A DNA stretch of 64,000 nucleotides from Octopus sinensis (taxonomy: Eukaryota): contig NC_043000.1 in assembly GCF_006345805.1 (NCBI RefSeq), forward strand, positions 158,596,001 through 158,660,000. The letters run 5' to 3'. How positions within the stretch are numbered: the first letter of the stretch is position 1; each line of letters begins with the position of its first letter. The position numbers and the translations under genes were made by a program. Below, one piece after another: positions 50,381-62,150 of the stretch. The notes under the pieces were generated by a model. It made no database searches and was not told the origin of the DNA. It saw only the letters and a program-made list of their open reading frames with translations.

Positions 50381-50394
50381 AGCTACAGTTATGG

Positions 50395-50589
50395 GTACAC
50401 ACATCAAAGCATAGACCAAGAGTGACCCTACATACACATACACACACACCAGAGGTAAACACATACACACACGAACACACGTTCATGCAGTTAAACACGC
50501 GAACCTTCGTACATGTACATATCAATGCATAAATGTACATATTCATGTACAGCGGACAATTATACGCATACATACACATAATTGCATCC
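50395..50589 (+). repeat. CA-rich dispersed repeat, copy 1
   Basis: Inverted homologue at 53046-53291 (CATCAAAGCATAGACC; TTCGTACATGTACATATCAATGCATAAATG). Confidence 0.75.
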
Positions 50590-50739
50590 TTGTTCATGGT
50601 TAGTGTTTCTAGGATCCACTTATGTGGAATACTATCGAAAACCTTTCGGTAATCGATCCAGGCTATAATTTAGACCCTTCTTGTTTCTGGGGCTGTCTTC
50701 AGTTATGGCTTTATTGATCATTAGCTAATCTTTGCAGCA

Positions 50740-51813
50740 CTCCTTCTACTCTTCTGGAAACAGGTTCTTTTCTTCCAGTAGCTTGCTTATTCTCTGTGAT
50801 ATTACTGCATAAAGGCTTTGTAAATTGTAGGGAGACTTGTGATTAGTTTGTGATTTTGTAGGTTTACCGATTCAGTGAATTTGGGAATGAGGATAGTTTT
50901 CACTTCCGTTAGCCATTCAGGCATTATCTCTGGATCTGCTAGTATTTCATAAAATTTTTCAGCCAGCTTTTCATGTGTTCCTGTCAAGTAATTTAACCAG
51001 AAGTTGGCTATGTTATCATGCCCAGATGCCTTGCAGTTGTTTAGTTTCTGCAGTGCCTGAATGACCTCTTCAGTTGTTATAGGGATCCAGACTTTATTGG
51101 AAATGTTACGCCTGTCTTCGTATTTTACAGTCCCAGTACTTATGATATTGTTTGGTATTGCTGTGTGACTACTATCTATATTTTCCTGATGTATTTTTCT
51201 TTTTAAGTCTTCTATTTCTATTTCTGATATTTTCCTTTTGATTTGAGAACATATCTTCGTATGTTAGCTAGCTTATTAGGGTTCGTTGCTGTATCTAAGT
51301 CTTTATCTAAGTTATTTTTCTGCTATATTTTATATGTACATGTGTTATCGTTCTTTGGGTAGAGCTCTGCTATAAAATAACCGTGTAGAACTGAAATATA
51401 TTCCTCACGTGTCCGTTTTTGCTTGTTTCATTTTATCTGCGGGTCATGAGAAATAACGTCCGGCCTTTTATTTTGATAGTCATCAGTTACATAGGGTACC
51501 GGTACGTTCATTTCTGGTACTAACTGGTTTTGCACGCTTAGTTTTTTGTACATTTTATGCAACAAGTTTAAAGAACGTACTCCCCGATTGTTATTCTTGG
51601 GTTGAATGATACAGGTATTATTTAATTCATCTTTAAATTTTTGGTAAATGGCGATTGGGGACGGAGATGGTCTGATGTTGATTGGATCGTAATGTGGCGA
51701 GAATATTTACACGTACTGTGCGAGCAATGGAAATGATATACATTTAAAATACATCATTTCATTTGGAAGTTAGAAAGAAATATCAATGATTATTATTTAC
51801 TCGGATATAGTCC
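50740..51813 (-). mobile_element. older, internally deleted 5' portion of R4/Dong lineage A
   Basis: Reverse complement matches 11910-12500 (GGACT..CCGAGTAA, AATGAAATGATG, ATTCAACCCAAGAATAACAATCG, GGACACGTGAGGAATA) and 13330-13620 (PEWLT.K.TILIPK). Confidence 0.8.
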
Positions 51814-51926
51814 AACACTTTGTCAGTTATTTTTGGCTTCATTTGATGCCTTTATTCCCGAAGTTTTTGGATAGGTTTCGGAGTAGTGTATTATCACTCT
51901 CGAATCTAAAATGTTCCTGTCGTTAT

Positions 51927-52077
51927 TTCTTCTTCTTAATCTTCTTCTTCTTCTTCTTCTTCTCTTCTTCTTCTTCTTCTTCTTCTTCTTCTTCTTCTCT
52001 TCTTCTTCTTCTTCTTTTTTCTTCTTCTTTCTTCTTCTTCTTCTTCTTCTTCTTCTTCTTCTCCTTCTTCTCTTCTT

Positions 52078-52137
<60 letters not shown>
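51927..52137. repeat. (CTT)n then (TTA)n microsatellite
   Basis: Direct reading. Confidence 0.95.
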
Positions 52138-52138
<1 letters not shown>

Positions 52139-52413
52139 TATGTTTGACTTTTGCTTTATATTTGTACAAGTTGGCTCTAAGTCTCACCCAGAGACCTCAA
52201 GAGACAACAGGTTGGAAGTTCATGTTGTTGTTATGCCTAGTGTGCCATATATTTGGGGGGCGTTTTGGTGTTGTACTAATGAATGTCTAAAAAAAAAAAT
52301 TTTTTTTTTTTAAACTGAAAATTATGTTTGTTTTAAACCTTGAGATTACATAGAAAGTATTTTGCGTAGGATATGAGCAGTTCCCATAAGCACTATCTTT
52401 TGAATTTCTGCCA

Positions 52414-52416
<3 letters not shown>
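52138..52416 (-). mobile_element. very short 5'-truncated R4/Dong-like copy (lineage C) inside (TAA)n
   Basis: Translates MAEIQKIVLMGTAHILRKILSM* plus a distinct 3' UTR; (TTA)n on both sides on +. Confidence 0.78.
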
Positions 52417-52457
<41 letters not shown>

Positions 52458-53045
52458 TCTCTCCTTCTTGTCTAGGAGGGTAACTTTCTAGGTGCAATCC
52501 CATGGTCATTCATGACCGAAGGGGGTCTTTACCCTATTGGTCAAAGCAGATCGCGTAGTGTTCTTTTGAATTACAGTAAACTTTCAGCCGAGAAGAAATT
52601 AGCTAAAATAGAGATTCCAAACTGAATTCCTTGCACCGCTTGACTGCTTAGGAATCTATGTAGGCGTCTCTTTCTTTGAATAGCTTTTGAAGGAAGTTAA
52701 GCGACATTGACGGCTGGCGAGGTGTGTATGTGAGTGCGTGTTTACACATACTGAACATATGCGTAGATGTGTAAGTCCGTTTCCTGTGCGTGTGTCTGCT
52801 AAGTGTGTATGTAGATGTGTTGCGTGTGAGTGTAAGCTGGCTGTGAGTGAGGACTGGCTGCATCACCTCGATGGTTCACATGTACTTGTTTGCTACGGCG
52901 TGAGTACGTGTATATTCGTGTGCGAATGAGCTATGTGTATTTGACTGTGTTCGCATATAGTTAGGTATTTGTATCTGCTATGTATATTACCTTCGAGTGT
53001 TTCAGTTGCGTGCGTATGCGTTCGATTCTGCCGTATTCACGAGTG

Positions 53046-53291
53046 GGATACATTTATAGGTATGTATGCGTGTAAATGTCCGGTGTACATGAATATGGAC
53101 ATTTATGCATTGATATGTACATGTACGAACGTGCGCGTGTTTATCTACATGAATGTGTGTGCATGTGTGAATGTGATTTTACCTCTGATGTGCGTGTATG
53201 CGAGTGTGTGTGTATGTGTGTGTGTGTGGTGTGTGTGTGTGTGTGTGTGTGTATGTAGGGTCATTGTTGGTCTATGCTTTGATGTGTGTAC
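53046..53291 (-). repeat. CA-rich dispersed repeat, copy 2 (inverted)
   Basis: See 50395-50589. Confidence 0.75.
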
Positions 53292-53552
53292 ACAAAGGAT
53301 TTTGATTGTCTGCGTGAGGACTGAATTTACTATTTCGTAGGACGTGGCACGACGCGGTAGTTACAGCGCTATTGCTGGTGGTGGTGGTGGTGTTAGAGGG
53401 GGTTCAAGATTTGATCCTGTATTAAGATATGCCAGTGGTAGTAAGAAAAAAAGAGAAGAAAATCATATATTTACATTTATAAGAGTATGAATGTAAATGT
53501 GCGGACAATAGGAATTTAAATATGAGAAATTATATAACGTACGTAAGGATTT

Positions 53553-53810
53553 GGAGATGGCGCGTGGCTTAGTGGTTAGGGTGTCAGCATGTTGATCGTA
53601 AGACTGCGGTTCGATTCCTAGACTTGGCGACGCGTTGTGTCCTTGAGTACAACACTTCATTTCAGGTTGCTCCAGTCCACTCAGCTGGCAAAAATGAGTA
53701 ACTCTGCGATGGACTGGCGTCCTGTCCAGCTGGGGAACACATACGCCATTGAAACTGGAAAACCGGGCCCATGAGCCTGGCTATGCTTTAAAAGGGCGCA
53801 TTTATTTATT
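53553..53810 (+). mobile_element. tRNA-derived SINE family D with V-domain-like core
   Basis: A box TGGCTTAGTGG 53565-53575, B box GGTTCGATTCC 53608-53618, GTGTCCTTGAG..ACACTT, GCGATGGACTGGCGTCCTGTCCAG, (TTTA) tail. Confidence 0.75.
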
Positions 53811-54464
53811 TTTTTACATAAAGATTTGATCGCGAAAATGTCTGTTTAAATAAAATAATTGGTAGATTGACAAATCGATATGTCTTTATAAAGCATCAGT
53901 TAGTATGTACATTTTGTAACTGATGTTATAGCATGTAATTTATATTTTGATAATTTTGAAATTAGGATGTACATCATTGGTCAATCCTTGAAGTCCATTA
54001 ATATAGAATTTGGGGCTACGAGGAATTTTATTAACTGAAAAATGCTGGAGAAGTCGACGTAAAATGATGATTAACAGTGATTTGGAAGGGTCATCCCGAC
54101 GTTTTTGTGGTTTTGAGGGGTGCCTGCTAGCTTGTAAGCAATAGCAATCATGACTAATCGAATGGGCGCAAATGGTTCTAGAGACTTAATGACATTATTT
54201 CATAGTAACTGTGTTCACGTGAGTGATTAGCAGACATATATTAGAAATACATTTTACAACAGGAAATACAGCCAAATATGAAATAATAAGATAGTGAAAC
54301 AGCTGGCTGCAGACACACATAATTAAACACGTGCGCGTGGGCACAAGGATTAAATAAATTGCTTTACATTAATTATTAGTGCGAGAGATTATTTCATAGT
54401 TTAATGGTTGATAAGCGATGAATAAAAGGAATCATTATGTGTAATTTTTTTCTTTAATTTTTTT

Positions 54465-54666
54465 TTTATTTGTTTCAGTCATATGACTGCAGCCATGCTG
54501 GATCACCACCTGTAGTCGAATCAATCGACCCCAGGAATTATTCTTTGTATGCTCAGTACTTATTCTATCGGTCTGTTTTGCGAAACCGCTAAGTTATGGC
54601 GACTGAAACACCCAGCATCGGTTGTGGGTGGTCAAACACAGACATATAAATACACTCACACACACG

Positions 54667-54708
<42 letters not shown>

Positions 54709-54880
54709 ATATATATATATATGAGAGGCTTCTTTTACTTAGTTTCCGTCTACCAGATCCACTCATAAAGATGTGGTTGGCCCGAGGCTATAGAAGGCAC
54801 TTACGCCAGGTGCCACGCAGTGGACTGAACCTGGAGCCATGTGGTTGGGAAGCTTCTTACGACACAACCACTCCTGCACT
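54465..54880 (-). mobile_element. full-length SINE family B
   Basis: Aligns end to end with 20465-20883. Confidence 0.85.
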
Positions 54881-55100
54881 TGTATATTAATGTTTAAATA
54901 TTTTTATGACTTTTGCTTAACCGTTTCCGTACATAGGTGTGAATGTCTGTGTCATCATGTGCACGTGATTTTGGTTTATTTGTCATTCTCAGGAAAAAAA
55001 AACAAAAAAAAAAATAGATACTTGCGTCGTATACCTAATGTATTGTCGATAAATAAATAATAATCTAAAGCAATATATTCTTCTGGTACACACACACAAA

Positions 55101-55176
<76 letters not shown>

Positions 55177-55249
55177 ATATGCATATATATATATATATAT
55201 ATGTTATATATGTATATACATATATATAATACATATATATATATATACA

Positions 55250-55304
<55 letters not shown>

Positions 55305-55313
55305 ATTTATGTA

Positions 55314-56086
55314 TTCAGGTGAAACTCTCGCGGCGTCCAACAACATCAGAGACTTGGAGTATTGTGGACACAACGTAAGCTGGCCACTCATTAAACACCA
55401 AAGTGACATGGCCCGCAGAATGTGTCCTGATTCTCAGAACTTTCCAGTCGAGAGATATCCACACCATTATCCTCTCTTCTCACTTTTGCCCGACCCCACC
55501 TTGAATACTGTTGTCCACTGTGGTCTCCCCACACAATACAAGGTATCATAAAAGTTGAAGCACCTCAAAGGGCAATCACAAAAAAGATAGATGGCATGAC
55601 AGGCCTCGACTATTGGGGTCGACTAGAAAAGCTAAAACTCTATTCTCTCCAACGTCGTCGTGAGCGCTACATCATCTGCATGATGTGGAAAAATTCCATC
55701 AGCATGCCCAAATGATGTGGCATCACCTTTAGGTACATCCAAGGCTTGGGCCCCAGCCATCCGCCCAAAACAAAAATCGCACTCTCATCTATAACAACAA
55801 TACGGCACAATTATTTCACCTCAATTGGCCCCGCCTCTTTAAAATTACACCAAAACAATTAAACAAAGAAAATGACCCTATAGGGTTCAAGAACTCTTTG
55901 GACAGATTCCTTCAAGAAATCCCGGATAAACCCCCTACACCCGGAATGTCTCTGTAAACATAACTCTCTACTTGAGTGGGCCATAGTGCCCAAATTCTGA
56001 CTTGAAGACTCACCAGGTGGTGCTATTACGTTAGACATGGCCTGGGCCAAAATGCCGAAACCTATCAAAGTATCAAAGTATCAAAG
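55314..56086 (+). mobile_element. 5'-truncated CR1/L2-group LINE (copy 2), frameshifted, (TATCAAAG)x3 tail
   Basis: Reverse complement of 138-~915 with small indels; (TA)-rich repeats on both sides. Confidence 0.88.
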
Positions 56087-56173
56087 TATATATATACTGT
56101 ATACAGGTGTATATAATTATATGTATGTATATATGGATTTATGTACATATATCCATATATGCATGTATTATCT

Positions 56174-56230
<57 letters not shown>

Positions 56231-56241
56231 ATATATATATA

Positions 56242-56316
<75 letters not shown>

Positions 56317-56510
56317 ATAGGCAGAAGTTCGGATTATCGCTCAACTACATTGTTTTAGGACAATACACACACAAACACACACATACGCACATAAACAGAC
56401 ACATTCACACACACCATATATGTCTGTCTGTGTATGTTTGTTTTTGTGTATTTTTCTTTGTTTGTGTGTTTGCATGCATGTCGGTGTGTGTATGCGTGTG
56501 TGTGTTTATA

Positions 56511-57396
56511 CGTGGTCTAAATAAGAATCCGGACTGTTGCTATAGTAACGAAGCTAAAGCATTCAGAGTCAAGCCGTTTGTACAGATTTATCTTGAATTC
56601 GGTTTGTGCATGCGTTCGAAGTTGTATCGTTCTGGCTCACTTCCACTATTTATATCAGTGCTTGGGGGAAAGGTGTGTAGCGTGTGACAGTTGAATTGAC
56701 CATGATAAATTTGAGCAGAGAATTTGCATCAAATTTTTCCAAAATCTTGGTGATACCTGCTCAGATGGCTACACAATGTTTTCAAAATGTTTTCATCGAT
56801 CGCGACACAATCAAGGAGATCTTGTACGACTGAAACCCAGGTATCTTTTTCGTCAGCTGAAAGCAGTTTTGACACAAACTTGGCAGACACATCTCTTATA
56901 CCCAAATCTTCAATAATAATGGACTGAACTGAACCGCAACTAATTTGCCCATCCTCTGATAACTCACAGATGGTGATGCGACAGTCCCCCCCTCAGCTGT
57001 GTCCACATATGCGATATTTTTCTCAGTTCTTCTGGTTGCGGGTCTCCCTGTACATTCCTGAATACAGGCTTTTTTCAGCCACCTTGGAAATGTCTGACCC
57101 ACACTTTCACTTCTGTGCGGCTCATACACTCCTCTCCATACACTTTCGGCAACTTTGTGTTGGCCTCTGAGCAGGTATCACCATGACAACTTTCTCTGTC
57201 ATGGTCAATTCGACAGTCATACGCCACACACCTTCCTTCCAAGCACTGATGTAAACACAGGAAATGAGCTAGAAAGTGAAGTCTTAGTGTACATGGACAA
57301 CAGAGTCCAATGTCAATTTGTGCTAAGCGGCTTTGCTCTGCGTGCTTTAGCATCGTTACTATGGCAACAGTCCGGATACTTATTGATCTTACCTTC
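56511..57396. mobile_element. palindromic mariner derivative made of two inverted 5' ends
   Basis: ATAAG(A/T)ATCCGGACTGTTGC(T/C)ATAGTAACGA(A/T)GCTAAAGCA at both ends in inverted orientation. Both arms encode the transposase N-terminus (KFEQRICIKFF..LGDTCS; GDTCSEA..KVYGEECMSRTEVKVW..F). TA flanks. Confidence 0.75.
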
Positions 57397-59162
57397 TACA
57401 TACCTCTCAAACACTAGTTAGGCTTGGGACAAAACAGAATATATGTTTTATTGGATGCATGTTTTGGATAAAAGGGTTGATAGTCAGGCATCCAGTATTG
57501 AGATTTTCATCCTAAATTGTCTGATACTGATTCTAATTCTGTGAAATGCGTATCCTTTTTGCGTTACTTCTGTCTACTCGCAATTACTGTGATTCTCACC
57601 ATCACTCGAATGGCGCGATCTTCTCCCTCTCTCTCCCAAATCCGCGATATACACACACATAAAACACACACACGCACTACACAGACACACACATGCACAC
57701 GCACCTGCACGCTCACCACAGTCACAGATATTCTGACAAACATCCAAAGTGAATAAGAATACATGTACCGCAAATCTTGCGGATACACTATATTTTGACA
57801 ACGTATCTTCGTAGTTTATGGTTGTTTGTCATCTGCCATGCATTTAATTATACTTCGATGAATTCAATTGTGCTTTAATTTTTTATATATCACTTTTTTT
57901 AAAATTTAATCTACATTACAGATCTTCTTCACTTGCTAATTGATCCCATCATTTGCTTATTATCATTTTCCTACAGTTAATCATATATTTTGTTGCATCG
58001 TAATTTTTATCCTATGTTCCCCTTATTCGTCCTCATGTTTGGCTCATTTTGTCTGCACGCTTTAGCGACCGCTAATATATGCTGTTATCAATTCGTTTCT
58101 TTGTTTCCCTCTGTTTTCTTCACATTTGTATTTACCTTGCTTCGTTTACTCCTTCCTGTCATTTACACCTCCTCGTTTTTTCTTCCTCTACGCCATCATA
58201 GTCATCACCCAGGTGCCATCACATCCACATCATCAACAACTCCGTTTTCCTTCCCATTCCTTCTTCCTCCTTTTGTCTTTCTGTTTCATCATTGTTACTA
58301 TATTATTTCCATTTTTATAATTTATTTCTTATACTTCTACATTTTCACTTTCTGCATCTTTGCTTTTATTGCATTCTATCGTCTCCCGCTTATTTGTCTA
58401 TTTTGTTTGCACTTTCACCATCCTATATTCATCATCAACATCATCATCGTGAGTGGCATCAGCACCCACAGCCCCACAGCACTCACAGCATCTTCATACA
58501 CTTCACTTTCGTATATTTTCTATATATTTGCACAACCAGACACTATCTGTCAGAGAAAATTCCTTAGAAACTAAACTTGGACACATTAGAAAAACTAACA
58601 AAAGCAAAGTGAAACTAAATAAAAAGAGAAAGAAAATTGTAAATATAAACGTAAGGCATTTGGGATTTCAGTATACAAAGAAACATGGTATCAAATTATA
58701 GGAAAAGAAAGAGAAAAACATCGACGCGGTTAAGTGGATCAAACAGCTTCACATCTTGCTCAAATTTATTAATTTGTGTATTTGACTTGCTAACGATATT
58801 GGCATGTGTAATATTTTCTCACTTTTAATCTGATTTATTGTAGAAGTTATGTATAGTATGCATAAACAATTATATTGTTTCACAGAGCCATTGTATACTT
58901 TAAAGTACTGAATAAATATTTCTCTTTCTATAGTATAAAAAGAGCCAACAAATATGTGATATACCAAAGAAAGAAGTCGTTGGTAGCTTCCCTCGTATCG
59001 GAATAATATATTACTTTACTTCTTTCATGCGTTCCAGCTCAGAGGAAGTGGCCATGCTGAGGCGTGTCTATTGAACTGAACACTTCAAGCAGGACATAGA
59101 TATATGTGAGAGACTGTGCACACGCATAGCGCACATTTGGATGCATTATACATATACATATA

Positions 59163-59460
59163 AGCGCAGAATTGGCTGTGGTGTAAGAGGTTTACTTTCC
59201 AATCACATGATTCCGGATTCAGTCACACTGTTTTTAAATGTGGGCAAGTGGTTTCTACTATAAACTCTGACCGACCAAAGCTTTGTGAGTAGATTTAGTA
59301 AACGGAAACTGAAAGAAACCCATCGTATATGTGTGAGAGTGTGTATATGTGTGTGCGTGCGTGTGTGTGCTATGGGTGTGTCTCCGTCAGAGTGCTTGTG
59401 TATGTTTATTCTGTACTTATCCCCCATTACTGCATGATAACCGCTGTTGGTGTATTTATA
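59163..59460 (+). mobile_element. degenerate SINE family B
   Basis: GCGCAGAATTGGCTGTGGTGTAAG..GGATTCAGTC..GGGCAAGTG..GACCAAAGCTTTGTGAGTAGATT. Confidence 0.75.
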
Positions 59461-59879
59461 GAATGAAATGTTCAAGATAGCATTTATATATTTTACGTAT
59501 TGGATTCCATCTTCATCAGTTAAAACTGGCGTTTTGAGGTAACAAAGCTCAGTTCACCTATGATTAGCTACGACCCATATACCTTTGACAATTAACGTCC
59601 CTGGCTTTGTCGACCATGTACAAAATATTGGAAACGATAGCATTTGAAATGTTATGGAGATTTCGATATTCATGAACAATTATATTAAAAAGAAACCCAT
59701 TTCATCTTGAACATGCACAACTGTCTATATCGAGAACTACATTTATTAACGGTTTCTTACATTTTAAAAGTCATTGGTAGATATTTCTGTGTGTAATAAC
59801 TGCAATCATTGTTTTACCAATGACAGTGATTCAAAACGAGGTGGATGATTGATTATGGAGTTTCTGTCTCCCGACTAGC

Positions 59880-60198
59880 TTACCCCATAGAGTTCCTTGA
59901 ATTCTGGCAAAAATATCTAGCACTATTTCTGGCTTTGTGGGACGCCCGCGTCTTCCATCTTCTTTAACGATATTTGTATCCGAATGATTGTACATCGTGT
60001 AGGTGGATTCGTTTGAACTCCCACTTAAACTGACTCCGCAGTTCTACAGCGTCTTCAAACATCCAGTAGCACTTGAAGGGACAATATCCATTGCTCAAAA
60101 CTTAATGTTTCCCTTCATTATTTCAAACGGATTGAATTTAAAATATATGGAAACTGTGTTATCAGCTATGAAAGTGTGTATATATTTTTGAGGCACCC
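59880..60198 (-). mobile_element. possible Tc1/mariner-type 5' fragment
   Basis: TIR-like TA|CCGGGTGCCTCAAAAA; weak translated GRRGRP helix-turn-helix linker; no second TIR. Confidence 0.35.
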
Positions 60199-61758
60199 GG
60201 TATATATACACATACACATACGCACGCAGGCACACACACACAGACACACACACAAATAATATATTTATACACACATACGTATATTTATTTACACCGTCCT
60301 TCATTCTGAAATCATCTTTCACTTTGTTCTACACAATAGGATGGTGGTGGTGGTGCAACATGAGTAGAAGACATCGGCAAGTGCAACGGTTGCATCAAGA
60401 CCTAGCTGCTTTCGATATATAGTCGCATATGTTGTCAGTTAACAGATGAATGTGTAACGTTTTAATGAATTGATTTTTTTTTCTGTGTGAAGGAATAACA
60501 TCAAGATTGGTTTCGAAAGGCATTTTTCTCAAATGTTTTTGTCATGCATGCATTAGGTTCTTGAGACTGAGTTTCCAAGCTCCTTTGTTATGCAGGATAG
60601 CCAGTTTCTAGTGTGTTCGTATGCTAGTTAACTGGAACTAGACTGTCATTACTGACGTTTATGCGGAGAATTACTGGCTGTACTTCTGTATGTCATGTTT
60701 TGCAATATACATATTATAGAGAGGTGTGTCAATTGCTATTGTCCTGCTCGTTTATATTCTTTGTTATTTCTATGTTTGATTGTGTGATCCTGATTTCTAT
60801 TTCTAGGAAGTTGTTTTTGCATATTTTATTTGATGCTTTCCTTGTTGTATCAGACAGACACACTACAAGAAGTGATTAAGCTGAGTCGCATTATTAATGT
60901 TGCATTAGTCAACATGAAGTTTTTTTTATTGTGAATTGGTTTACAAGATGCTTTACCATATATATATATAGGGGGGAGATAGATTGATAGATAGATAGAT
61001 AGATACATACATACATACATACATACATACATACATACATACATACATGCATACATACATACATACATACATTCATACATTCATACATTCATACATATTC
61101 ACACACAGAGACACACCCACACCCATATATAAAACAAGATGGGATGAACATGCTTTAATCACAAGCCACAATAACACTTTCTGTGCACTGGTAACAGCTG
61201 TGCGTTGCTGAACTTTTCATATCATACTATTATGCAAATATATAAATATCAGCTAGCATTGGTCATGTACCCGCACGTCGTCTGTTGAAACACTGCCGGA
61301 TTTCCACATATATATCCAGTAAAATGAGTGAGTCTACTCCATGATAGCATCTGGTAGCCGATAACAATAGAGAAGCTTTGAAAAAATGTATTTACTTTCT
61401 TGTGCGAAAGCGCGACAGACACATAGAAAACTCTAGAAGGGCTAGTACCCATTTTCAAAATTGAATTTTAAACAAATACCAGAACTGGATGCCATTTGTA
61501 TTATACCAAGGTACCATTCACTCAAAGGCTCGCAGCTCTACAATACCACAAAAATTAAGAAACCTACATTTTGTGGAAGTAGATGTCTTCAACAAAGGCA
61601 CTAGATGTCCTCTTCATAATACCGGATGAACCAACGAGCCGACATGAGTGAAGCGAAATCCGACTCTTTTATAGACCAAATGGGCTAATAGGTGGGACAA
61701 AGGCACATACAGGAGTTTTGATATGAAATGACAACGCCTAAGGGAATCAGCAAAACCA

Positions 61759-61815
61759 CAGTGGTGTTCTAGCTTGAGCGCAACTGCATAGTTGAAACGA
61801 ATAAAAGGATAAAGG
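61759..61815 (+). mobile_element. short SINE-B/CR1-type 3'-end fragment with variant hairpin
   Basis: GTGGTGTTCTAGCTTGAGCG-CAACT-GCAT-AGTTG-AAAC-GAATAAAAGGATAAAGG; tail-to-tail with the next element. Confidence 0.55.
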
Positions 61816-61824
61816 AATATATAT

Positions 61825-62150
61825 TCTTTTATTCTTTTATTTGTTTAAGTCATTTGACATTGGCCATGCTGGAGTACCGCCTTTTATTTGACCAAATCGC
61901 CCCCAGAACTAATTGCATCGGTCATCAAGCAACGGTGGGGAGAGAAACACAGACACAAAGTTCCCTCCCGCCATATATATATATATACGACGGATTTCAT
62001 TCAGATTCCGTATACCGAATCTACTCACAAGGCTTTGGTCGGCCTGAGGCTATAATAGACGACACTTGCCCAAGGTGCCATTCAGTGGGACTGAACTCAG
62101 AATCACATGGTTGGGAAGCAAGCTTCTTACCACACAAACACACCTGCGCC
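61825..62150 (-). mobile_element. SINE family B with internal deletion
   Basis: Head CCTGCGCC, CCCAAGGTGCCA core and GGCCATGCTGGAGTACCGCC tail. Confidence 0.8.

Noticed and set aside
57990-58574. 194-aa hydrophobic ORF
   Set aside because: T-rich low-complexity DNA gives F/L/I-rich pseudo-transmembrane text; no family motif or splice support.
59485-59522. Minus-strand CUGAUGAAGAUGGAAUCCAAUACGUA
   Set aside because: GAAA is replaced by AAUA, stem II is minimal and stem I does not pair.
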